From Caldilineales bacterium (lineage in GTDB: Bacteria > Chloroflexota > Anaerolineae > Caldilineales > Caldilineaceae), in NCBI GenBank assembly GCA_038251215.1, contig JBBSBO010000001.1, positions 1-24,715 of the forward strand: a stretch of DNA of 24,715 nt. Reading direction: 5' to 3'. Shown one piece after another: positions 1 through 8,022 of the stretch. The translations under genes and the position numbers were made by a program. The notes under the pieces are model-generated. The model was given only the letters and a program-made list of their open reading frames with translations, did no database searches and had not been told where the DNA came from. Position 1 is the first letter of the stretch. Every line of letters begins with the position of its first letter.

Positions 1-339
1 GATACCGGCGGCCAGGGCGGCGCCATGACCAAGCAGATTGGCCTCATGATGACCTTCATGTTTGGCTTCTTCACGCTGCAAGTCCCCGCAGGCCTGTCGC
101 TCTACTGGGTGACCAGCAACCTGCTCCAGATGTTGCAGCAATGGGTGATCACCGATCCCCGCTTTGGCCTGACGCCCGCACCTGCCGTTGCCGCCGGCGG
201 CGGCTCCGTCAAGGTCAATGCCCTGCCCGCCGCCGAAACAAACGGCGGAACGTCCGTGCCCGCAATCGCCGGCCCCGCGTCGGCTCCCGCACCCGATCAG
301 ACGAAACCGCCCAAACGGCGCCGCGCGAAACGGAGATAA
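1..339 (+). CDS. yidC: Membrane protein insertase YidC/Oxa1, C-terminal fragment (5' truncated by the window edge)
   Basis: Frame is open from base 1. It carries the YidC last-TM motif FFTLQVPAGLSLYWVTSNLLQMLQQW, ends in a basic tail, and lies immediately upstream of jag (canonical yidC-jag order). Confidence 0.9.
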   Translation, partial: DTGGQGGAMTKQIGLMMTFMFGFFTLQVPAGLSLYWVTSNLLQMLQQWVITDPRFGLTPAPAVAAGGGSVKVNALPAAETNGGTSVPAIAGPASAPAPDQTKPPKRRRAKRR

Positions 340-342
340 ATT

Positions 343-1251
343 ATGGCCGCACTACCCCAGGAATTTACAGGCAAGACAGTAGACGAGGCAGTCGCCGAAG
401 GCTTGGCGAAGCTTGGCCTCAGCCGCAGCAAAGTGACGGTCGAAATCCTCAGCCGGGGCAGCCGCGGCATCTTCGGCATCGGCAGCGAACCGGCGCGTGT
501 CCGCCTTACAATGGCAGAATCTCCTTCATCCGCCGCCAAGCCACAAGCTTCCGCCACGGCGCGCCCTGCCCCCGCGCCTAGCCGCGAACCCGTCGCCCAG
601 CCGGACATCGCGCAGCCTGCCGCGGCGGACGATGAGGAAGCGGAAGAAGAATGGGAAGAGGAGTGGGAAGAAGAGGACGAAGGCGACGTGTTCGCGCCTG
701 AACCCGCCGCACGCGGCGCGGCCTCCGCTCCCCAAGCGACCCAGGCAGAGACGCAAGCCGCCCCGGTGTCGGACGAAGAGCTGGCGGACATGGCCGCGGG
801 CTTGCTCAGTGAGATGGTGCGCCTGATGGGTTTTCAGGCCACAGTCGCCGCTGCCTGGCAGGAGCCGGACGAACACGAGGGCGACCCCTATCTGCGCCTC
901 GACATCGAAGGCCAGGACCTCGGCTCGCTGATCGGGCGGCGCGGCGAAACGCTCGCCGCCATCCAATACCTGATCCGGCTGATGGTCAACCAGCGCGTGC
1001 GCCAATGGAAGAACATCGTCGTCGATGTGGAAAGCTACAAAGAGCGGCGCATCACCCAACTGACGCAGCTCGCCCAGCGCATGGCCGACCAGGTCGCCGA
1101 GTCCGGCCGCGCCGTGGCGCTGGAGCCGATGCCCGCCAACGAACGCCGCATCGTCCACCTGACCCTGCGCGACCACCCGCGCGTCTACACCCAAAGCTCG
1201 GGCGAAGAAGAGCGCCGCAAGGTCAACATTGTGCCCAGGGACGCCGACTAG
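343..1251 (+). CDS. jag: Jag/EloR (KhpB) RNA-binding protein, Jag_N-KH-R3H
   Basis: Jag_N: EFTGKTVDEAVAEGLAKLG...SRGIFGIG. KH: DLGSLIGRRGETLAAIQYL. R3H: LEPMPANERRIVHLTL. Confidence 0.93.
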   Translation: MAALPQEFTGKTVDEAVAEGLAKLGLSRSKVTVEILSRGSRGIFGIGSEPARVRLTMAESPSSAAKPQASATARPAPAPSREPVAQPDIAQPAAADDEEAEEEWEEEWEEEDEGDVFAPEPAARGAASAPQATQAETQAAPVSDEELADMAAGLLSEMVRLMGFQATVAAAWQEPDEHEGDPYLRLDIEGQDLGSLIGRRGETLAAIQYLIRLMVNQRVRQWKNIVVDVESYKERRITQLTQLAQRMADQVAESGRAVALEPMPANERRIVHLTLRDHPRVYTQSSGEEERRKVNIVPRDAD

Positions 1252-1304
1252 CCGCTCACGCGTAGAGTACACACACGCACACAAGAGCCTGGCATGATCC
1301 GCTT

Positions 1305-1333
1305 GCCCCGCCCGTCGGGCGGGGCTTTTCTTT
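1305..1333 (+). terminator. Intrinsic terminator after jag
   Basis: Stem GCCCCGCCC-gtc-GGGCGGGGC (9 bp) followed by TTTTCTTT. Confidence 0.8.
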
Positions 1334-1398
1334 CATCCGCCGCGCCCCGCCGGCCCAGGGGGCCGCACTGGCACTTGCATTGACCGAGGGTAGGAGAG

Positions 1399-2343
1399 AT
1401 GCTACAATCGAATCCACAGACAGGTCCGCAAGCAGATCCGCGAGCCGCTAGCCACACGGATACGGCGCGCGGGCCGGACATTCTGCTCATCGGCCATGTC
1501 ACCTGCGATCTGCTCAGCGCCGACCGCGACAGCGACTACCGCATCGGCGGCACTGTCAGCTTCGCTTCTGTCACCGCCACTCGCCTGGGGCGCCGCGCCA
1601 CCGTGATCACGCGCGCCGCCGCCGACACCGACCTGTCGGAGCTGCCGCCCGAAGTGGAGCTGCACGTCCTGCCGTCGCCCGCGACGACGACCTTTGCCAA
1701 TGTCTATGTCGAGCAGGGGCGCATCCAATACTGTTACGCGCAGGCGCTGCCCATCACAGCCGATGACATCGCCCCCGCCCTGCGCAACCCGCGGGCCGTA
1801 CTGGTCGGCCCGTTGGTCAACGAGATCGGCCCGGACGTGGTGCGCATCTTCGACGAGGACACCTTAGTTGTCGCCGTGCCGCAGGGCTGGATGCGCCGCT
1901 GGGATGAAACCGGCCGCGTCTTCAGCAAGCCGTGGGACTCGGCGCCGCAGATTCTACCCTATCTAGATGTATTGGTGCTGTCGCTGGAAGACATCAACTA
2001 CGATCTCAGCCGCCTGGCCCCCGCGCTGGCGCAGGCGCCTGTGGTAGTGCTGACCGAATATCACGAGGGCAGCACCCTCTTCCGTCGCCTGGAAAACGGC
2101 GCCACCGAAGAGGTGAAGATCGCGCCGCGGCCCGCCGCAGAATTTGACCCGACCGGCGCGGGCGATGTCTTTGCCACCGCCTTTATGATCCGCCTGCAAG
2201 AAACCGGTGACCCGGTGCAGGCCGCACGCTTCGCCAACGTCACCGCGTCGTTCAGCGTGGAACAAGCGGGCGTCGCCGGCATTCCGTCGCGTGAACAAGT
2301 ATTGACCTATATGGCGAGCCACCCTTTTGTCGCCGGCGACTAA
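1399..2343 (+). CDS. PfkB/ribokinase-family carbohydrate kinase, substrate unknown
   Basis: N-terminal GGTVSFASVTATRLGRRATVIT and C-terminal anion-hole motif DPTGAGDVFATAF. AGGAG lies just upstream of the ATG. Confidence 0.85.
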   Translation: MLQSNPQTGPQADPRAASHTDTARGPDILLIGHVTCDLLSADRDSDYRIGGTVSFASVTATRLGRRATVITRAAADTDLSELPPEVELHVLPSPATTTFANVYVEQGRIQYCYAQALPITADDIAPALRNPRAVLVGPLVNEIGPDVVRIFDEDTLVVAVPQGWMRRWDETGRVFSKPWDSAPQILPYLDVLVLSLEDINYDLSRLAPALAQAPVVVLTEYHEGSTLFRRLENGATEEVKIAPRPAAEFDPTGAGDVFATAFMIRLQETGDPVQAARFANVTASFSVEQAGVAGIPSREQVLTYMASHPFVAGD

Positions 2344-2397
2344 GCGCCGCCGGTCACGTCCGGGCGCCGCTCGCCCAGCAGGGATAAGCGCAAAGCC

Positions 2398-3195
2398 ATG
2401 ACCGCCAAGATCTATGTGTTTGCCAACCAGAAGGGCGGCGTCGCCAAGACCACGACCACGGTCAACCTGGGCGCCTATCTCACCGCGGCCGGACGGCGCA
2501 CCCTGGTGGTGGACATGGACCCGCAGGGCAACGCCACCACCAGCCTGGGCGTTGACCCGCGCTCACTCTCCCTCAGCCTCTACAATGTCCTCATCGACCA
2601 GATGCCCATCCAACAGGCCATCACGCTGACCGAGCGCGTGGGGCTGGACCTCGTGCCTTCCACCACGGACTTGGCCGGGGCGGAGGTGGAGATGGCGCGC
2701 ATGATGGCGCGCGAGCGGCTGCTGGATCGCGCCCTGCGCCCGCTGCTGGGCCTGTATGACTACATCCTCATCGACGAACCGCCCAGCCTGGGCCTGCTCA
2801 CCATCAACGGGCTGACGGCCTCCACCCACGGCGTCGTTATCCCTGTGCAGTGCGAATACCTGGCGCTCGAGGGCCTCAGCCTGCTATTGCAGACGATCCA
2901 ACAGGTGCGCGACGTGCTCAATGACCGCCTCGCCATCGCCGGCGTTGTACTCACCATGTTTGACAGCCGCACGAACTTGGCGCAGCAGGTGGTGCAGGAA
3001 GTGCGCCAGTACTTTCCCGGCGTCGTCTTCAAAACGATCATCCCGCGCAACATTCGCCTGAGCGAGGCGCCCAGCCACGGCCAAACCATTCTCAGCTACG
3101 CGCCCGCCAGCGCCGGCGCGCTCGCCTATCAGGCGCTAGCCGACGAGTTCATGCAGCGCGCCGAGCAGTCGGCGCCCAAACTGGTCAAGGCGTAG
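2398..3195 (+). CDS. parA: ParA/Soj chromosome-partitioning ATPase
   Basis: Deviant Walker A NQKGGVAKTTT, VDMDPQGNATTSLG, YDYILIDEPPSLG, VQCEYLALEG, IPRNIRLSEAPSHG. Confidence 0.95.
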   Translation: MTAKIYVFANQKGGVAKTTTTVNLGAYLTAAGRRTLVVDMDPQGNATTSLGVDPRSLSLSLYNVLIDQMPIQQAITLTERVGLDLVPSTTDLAGAEVEMARMMARERLLDRALRPLLGLYDYILIDEPPSLGLLTINGLTASTHGVVIPVQCEYLALEGLSLLLQTIQQVRDVLNDRLAIAGVVLTMFDSRTNLAQQVVQEVRQYFPGVVFKTIIPRNIRLSEAPSHGQTILSYAPASAGALAYQALADEFMQRAEQSAPKLVKA

Positions 3196-3286
3196 GTCAA
3201 CCACAACGGGCCGCACACACTAGGCCGCACACCACTTGTTGCGCTTATTTTGGGCTTATTGGCCGGCAGCCGAGGGGAGCATCCAC

Positions 3287-4255
3287 ATGGCAGACGAAAT
3301 CACCAGCAGCGGACACGGTAAGCGCTTTGGGTTGGGGCGCGGGCTGGGCGCGCTGATCATGAACACCGAGACGGCCTACCCGCCCAGCGAGGAAGTGACG
3401 GCGCAGGCCGCGGCGGGCGGCCTACGCCTGCTCCCCGTCGACGCCATCCAGCCAAACCCGCAGCAGCCGCGCACCCACTTTGACCCCGTCGCCCTGCAAG
3501 AGCTGGCGGATTCGATCCGCGCTCACGGCATTCTCCAGCCCCTGATCGTCACCGATAGCGCCGCCAATAGCGATGACGCGCCAGGCCGCTACTGGCTGAT
3601 CACGGGCGAGCGCCGCTGGCGCGCGGCCCAACTGGCGCAGCTGACCGAAGTGCCCGCCATCGTGCGCGAGGCCTCGCCGCAGCAACTGCTGGAGTGGGCC
3701 TTGGTCGAAAACGTCCAGCGCGCCGACCTCAACCCCCTGGAAGAAGCCGTCGCCTACCAGATGCTGACGGATACCTTCTTGCTCACGCAGGACGAAATCG
3801 GCCGCCGCGTGGGGCGCAGCCGCTCCGCCGTCGCCAACACCGTACGCCTCTTGCAGCTGCCCGTCGACCTGCAACATGCGGTGACCGATGGGCGCATCAG
3901 CGCCGGGCATGCCCGCGCCCTGCTCGCCCTGCCCGACGCCGAGGCCATGCGCGCCGCTCTGGCGCGCATCCTGGAACACGGCCTCAGCGTGCGCCAGACG
4001 GAAGAGATGGTCAAGCGCCTGCTCGCCACGCCCCAAGCCGCGGCCGAGCCGCAGCCCGAACTGCAAGCCGAAGCGGATGCCGAGGCCCATCTTCACTTCC
4101 TGGAGAGCCGTTTCCGCGCAGCCCTAGGCACGCGCGTCAGCCTCAACCGCAGCGCCAACGGGTCGGGTCGCCTGATCGTCCATTTCTACAGCGACGACGA
4201 CCTCGACAACCTCTACCGGCTGATCGCCGCCGACGCCGATGACGAGCCGGCTTGA
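3287..4255 (+). CDS. parB: ParB/Spo0J partitioning protein
   Basis: GLGRGLGALI (ParA-stimulating peptide), PNPQQPRTHF, ITGERRWRAA (CTP-binding GxRRxRA), ENVQRADLNPLEEA, HTH GRSRSAVANTVRLL. Start placed at ATG 3287 after GAGGGGAG rather than the TTG at 3236. Confidence 0.95.
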   Translation: MADEITSSGHGKRFGLGRGLGALIMNTETAYPPSEEVTAQAAAGGLRLLPVDAIQPNPQQPRTHFDPVALQELADSIRAHGILQPLIVTDSAANSDDAPGRYWLITGERRWRAAQLAQLTEVPAIVREASPQQLLEWALVENVQRADLNPLEEAVAYQMLTDTFLLTQDEIGRRVGRSRSAVANTVRLLQLPVDLQHAVTDGRISAGHARALLALPDAEAMRAALARILEHGLSVRQTEEMVKRLLATPQAAAEPQPELQAEADAEAHLHFLESRFRAALGTRVSLNRSANGSGRLIVHFYSDDDLDNLYRLIAADADDEPA

Positions 4256-4283
4256 GCCGCCGATCTCCCCGCTCGACCCTGCC

Positions 4284-5405
4284 ATGACTGATGCCGCGCT
4301 GCCTGCAATCGGCCCGCGCCACCGCGCCCTCGTCGGCGAAGAGACGCTGGGCTGGGCCATTGTCGGGGCCGGCGCCCAAGCCGCCCAGCACATCCTCCCC
4401 GCCATTCGCAACCAGGTCGACCTTCCCGCGCCCGATCTGCGTTATCCGCTGAGCAACGCCCGCATCGTCGGCGTCTTCAGCCGCAACGAGAACCGCGGCC
4501 GGAGCTTTGCCGAGGCCAATCACATCCCGCATAGCTTTGCCAACCTCGCCGACCTGCTGGCGCGATCCGATGTGCATTGTGTCTACGTCGGCGGGCACCC
4601 GCGCCACCACGCCCAGTCCACGCTGGCGGCGCTTGCCGCGGGCAAGCACGTGCTGGTCGAAACGCCGATGGCGCTGAATGTGGAAGATGCGCTAGCCATG
4701 GCGCACACCGCCGTCGGCCGCGGTCTGCTGCTCGCCGTCAACTACCATCGCCGGGCCGATGCCGCCCTGCAAGCCATGCAGCAACTGCTGGCGGAGGGCG
4801 AAATCGGCGACCTGCTGGGCGGGCGCATCGCCAATACGCCGTTGCTGCCGCCCGCGCTGCACACCTGGCGGCTGCGCGCCCCCGGCGGCGGCGTGATCTT
4901 CGACCACAGCGTCCACGACATCGACGTGCTGCGCTTCCTCCTGCGCGACGAGGTGCAGAGCGTGCAGGCAGCCAACACGCAGCATCTGCTCAGCGACGCC
5001 GTCGAAGAAGACGTCGTCGCCCACCTCACCCTACGCCGCAGCGGGCTGCTCGTGCAGTTGCACGACTCGTTCATCATCCCGCACGACGCCGGGGAGATTC
5101 GCCTGTTCGGCAGCACGGGAACGCTGGCGGCGCGCCACGCCTTTGTCGACGACACGCCCACCGAGTTATTCCTCGTGCGCCACGGAAGCGCCACGTCGAT
5201 CCCGGTGACGCCCATGCCCGCCTATGGCGCAGCCATCGCGCGCTTCCACGCCGCGGTGCGCGGCGATGCCCGGCCCCTCGCCGGCAGCGCCGACGGCATC
5301 TACAACCTGGCTGTCGCCCTCGCCTTGCACGAATCCATCCGGCGCACCCATCGCGTCCAGGTCGAGCTGCCCCTGCGCCCGCGCGACGACCTTTCCATCA
5401 GCTGA
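4284..5405 (+). CDS. Gfo/Idh/MocA-family oxidoreductase resembling 1,5-anhydro-D-fructose reductase; EKP motif reads ETP
   Basis: Rossmann WAIVGAGAQA, AAGKHVLVETPMA, WRLRAPGGGVIFDHSVHDIDVLRF. Start uncertain: ATG 4239 overlaps parB, so ATG 4284 was chosen. Confidence 0.8.
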   Translation: MTDAALPAIGPRHRALVGEETLGWAIVGAGAQAAQHILPAIRNQVDLPAPDLRYPLSNARIVGVFSRNENRGRSFAEANHIPHSFANLADLLARSDVHCVYVGGHPRHHAQSTLAALAAGKHVLVETPMALNVEDALAMAHTAVGRGLLLAVNYHRRADAALQAMQQLLAEGEIGDLLGGRIANTPLLPPALHTWRLRAPGGGVIFDHSVHDIDVLRFLLRDEVQSVQAANTQHLLSDAVEEDVVAHLTLRRSGLLVQLHDSFIIPHDAGEIRLFGSTGTLAARHAFVDDTPTELFLVRHGSATSIPVTPMPAYGAAIARFHAAVRGDARPLAGSADGIYNLAVALALHESIRRTHRVQVELPLRPRDDLSIS

Positions 5406-5478
5406 CGCTCCCCCTCGCCCCGCGGCATGCCCTATCTGTCGTCGCCATCCGCTGATTAACGTCTGCTGATTGCATTTA

Positions 5479-5507
5479 TGGAAATTTCCACCCATCTATG
5501 TTAAGAT
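5479..5507 (+). promoter_or_regulatory. Putative sigma70 promoter of the CarH-like gene
   Basis: TGGAAA (5479-5484), 17 bp spacer, TAAGAT (5502-5507) with extended -10 TG at 5499-5500. The -35 overlaps the palindrome TGGAAATTTCCA. Confidence 0.4.
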
Positions 5508-5538
5508 AGATCGTATAAACAATCTCTAGATCAATCTG

Positions 5539-6696
5539 GTGCAGACTGTCGACATAGCCGCCGAAATTGCGCTCATGACAGATTCAATGCCCGATTTGTT
5601 GTCCGGCTTATTGTCTGGCGAGGAAACTTTGAATACGAACATCCGACTTGGCGACTATGCTACCGCGCCGCTCTACAATATCAAGGCCGTTGTTCAGGCA
5701 ACCGACCTCAGCCCCAGCACGCTGCGTGCCTGGGAACGGCGCTATCACATGTGCCGGCCCCAGCGTTCCGACAGCGGTTATCGCCTCTACTCCGAGCGCG
5801 ACGTTGCCATCATTCGCTGGCTCAAAGCGCAGGTGGATGCGGGCATGTCGATCAGCCAGGCCGTGGCATGGATGGACTCCCTGGTCGTCGAGGTCGGCGG
5901 ACAGGACAACGCCATCTTACCCGGTGCCATGCGCAGCGCAGCGCAAAGCGAACACGTCAGCGTCCCGCCCGCCCCGCCGCAGCCGCGCGTGCGCCACTTC
6001 GCCGCCCTGCAAGAGGATCTGCTCGCCGCCCTGCTGGCCTTTGACGAACACGCAGCCGAACAAGTGATGGCCGAAGCCTTCTCCATGTACACGGTCGAAC
6101 AGATCGGCGAGCGGCTGATCCAACCGGTCATGGTCGAGATCGGCACGCGCTGGCACGACGGCGCGGTGAGCGTGGCGACCGAACACTTTGCCAGCAACTA
6201 CCTGCTGCAACGGTTGGCCGCGCTGCTGCGCACGCTGCCCAATGCAGCGGACGGCCCCACGTTGTGGGTGGGCTGCGCCCCCGGCGAACAACACGAAATC
6301 GGCGCGCTCCTGCTCAGCATCTACCTGCGCCGCGCCGGCTATTCTGTCCACTACCTGGGGCAAGGTCTCGACATCCCCGACACCGTACGCGAGGCCAAGT
6401 TGCAGCAGCCGGCACTCGTCCTCCTCAGCGCGTCGACGCAAGAGACGGCGCACGAGTTGAGCGCACTAACTTCCGCCCTGGCGGAGATTTCGCCGAGGCG
6501 CCCTCAAATCGGCTACGGCGGTCAGGCCTTCAAACGTTACCCGGAACTGCGCAACCAGATGACCGGCATCTACATGGGCAATTCGGCCGAAGAGGCGTTG
6601 GAGAGAATCCGCGAGTTGCTCTCCGGCAACGCGTTCGGCAAACATGCCGGCAACCATCACAACGGCAGTGCGCCCCACTCCGCCAACCCTGCCTAG
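5539..6696 (+). CDS. carH: MerR-family regulator with cobalamin-binding domain (CarH/LitR type)
   Basis: MerR HTH YNIKAVVQATDLSPSTLRAWERRY; W-x9-EH (WHDGAVSVATEH); E-x-H-x2-G-x41-S-x-S-x27-GG (EQHEIG...SAS...GG). Start uncertain (GTG 5539, ATG 5575 or ATG 5587). Confidence 0.85.
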   Translation: MQTVDIAAEIALMTDSMPDLLSGLLSGEETLNTNIRLGDYATAPLYNIKAVVQATDLSPSTLRAWERRYHMCRPQRSDSGYRLYSERDVAIIRWLKAQVDAGMSISQAVAWMDSLVVEVGGQDNAILPGAMRSAAQSEHVSVPPAPPQPRVRHFAALQEDLLAALLAFDEHAAEQVMAEAFSMYTVEQIGERLIQPVMVEIGTRWHDGAVSVATEHFASNYLLQRLAALLRTLPNAADGPTLWVGCAPGEQHEIGALLLSIYLRRAGYSVHYLGQGLDIPDTVREAKLQQPALVLLSASTQETAHELSALTSALAEISPRRPQIGYGGQAFKRYPELRNQMTGIYMGNSAEEALERIRELLSGNAFGKHAGNHHNGSAPHSANPA

Positions 6697-6737
6697 CCGA
6701 GCCATCTAGCCGCGAACCCGCTACCCGAGAATCTGCC

Positions 6738-7499
6738 ATGCACGCGCCGCTTTCCGCGCAGACCGGCTTCGCCGCCGAACTACATTCCGTCCACGAGCGC
6801 CTCGAGTCCGCTGCGGCTGAGCTTGGCTCTCCGCTCAGCGAATTGGTGCGTGCGCGTCTGCGCGCCGTGGCGCCCCCCCTGTCCGGCGCGCTGGTGCTGG
6901 CGGCGGCCTATGATGCGCAAGCCTCCGGCTCCGGCCTCGAGCATCGCATTGCCCTGGCTGCCGCTCTGGAAATGTTGAACGTGGCGCTGAGCGTACACCA
7001 GCTGCTCGTCTCGTCGGCCGCGGCCGCGCTGGACAAATCCTTTATCGGCAGCGCCATCCTCGCCGGCGACTACTGCTTTGGCCGTGCCGCGCGCCTCGCC
7101 GCCCAAACCGACAACCCGACCATTGTCATCCTCTTCTCGCAGGCCCTGCAAGACTTCAGCGAAGGCCATCTGCGCAGTTACTTCAACGCGGCGCCCGCCA
7201 CGCGCGACGGCATACCTGACGCCGTCCCCGAAGTCCCTCCCTTCGACGGACTCGCTATTCTGCTGCACTTCGGCGCGGCCGCAGCCCTGGAATTGTCGGA
7301 CCTCGCGCCGGACGCGCGCCAAACGGTGCGCGAACTGGCGGCGCGTCTTGCGGAGGCGCGCACGGCCGACGCGCCCCGCCGCGCTCCCGTGCCGTCGACT
7401 TGGCTCGACGACGATCTGCTCGCCTGTCTGCCCGCGGCCTATCAAGCGCGCTGGCGCGCGTTCGAGGCATGGCTGGCGGCCTCCGCGCCGGCGAGCTAA
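6738..7499 (+). CDS. Polyprenyl (trans-IPPS) synthase-like protein lacking Asp-rich catalytic motifs
   Basis: AAALEMLNVALSVHQLLV matches the ELIHxASLVHDD helix; SAILAGDYCFGRA matches AILxGD; FSQALQDFSEG follows. No DDxxD motif and no RRG loop. 253 aa from ATG 6738. Confidence 0.65.
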   Translation: MHAPLSAQTGFAAELHSVHERLESAAAELGSPLSELVRARLRAVAPPLSGALVLAAAYDAQASGSGLEHRIALAAALEMLNVALSVHQLLVSSAAAALDKSFIGSAILAGDYCFGRAARLAAQTDNPTIVILFSQALQDFSEGHLRSYFNAAPATRDGIPDAVPEVPPFDGLAILLHFGAAAALELSDLAPDARQTVRELAARLAEARTADAPRRAPVPSTWLDDDLLACLPAAYQARWRAFEAWLAASAPAS

Positions 7500-7772
7500 T
7501 CCCTTCCACGTTCTCAGTTTCTAGACTGCCTCGTCGCACGGGCGGCCCCGCCCTCGCGTGCCGCGCCTGCCTTTTCCCATGTTGCCCCACTCGTTTTGCC
7601 CAGCCCGTTTTGCCCAATATATATCCCCGCGTAAATACAATTCATACACTAGGCATATACCAATCTATGATTCGCACGCTAAAATAAGTCATATCGCTGC
7701 AAGGCAGCCTACAATTTGCCCAAGAGCAATGTTTGACACAGATCTTTTAAGGTGATGCTAATCAATTGGGGC

Positions 7773-7801
7773 TAGACAAAGCAGTCGAAGTGTGGTTTAA
7801 T
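7773..7801 (+). promoter_or_regulatory. Putative sigma70 promoter upstream of the Crp/Fnr gene
   Basis: TAGACA (7773-7778), 17 bp spacer, TTTAAT (7796-7801) with extended -10 TG at 7793-7794, in an AT-rich island. Confidence 0.6.
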
Positions 7802-8022
7802 CTGTGCATAATGTTTGAACAGGAAATTTCAACACCCTGTCCAAGCAAGCTTAGCGCAACAACTGTGCGCATCCGCTAAACCGATCAAAAACATGCGGCA
7901 ATCAACGTAGGATTGACGACCAGCAGTTGCGGCAGAGCGCACACATGCGCCGGCAGCCTAATGAATATGGGCTGATTGGAAGCTCGGTACGACACAGCTT
8001 CTTCAGAAAGGATCCATTGACC

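Noticed and set aside
6264-6737. 5' extension of the 411-aa ORF 6264-7499
   Set aside because: It overlaps carH in another frame and reads as Arg/Pro-rich shadow sequence. Family similarity begins at ATG 6738.
7732-7811. DnaA-box-like sequences (TGTGCATAA 7803-7811; TTTGACACA 7732-7740) in an AT-rich island near yidC-jag-parAB, suggesting oriC
   Set aside because: Only one consensus box, no box cluster or DUE repeats, no dnaA/dnaN in the window, and the island is explained by a promoter.
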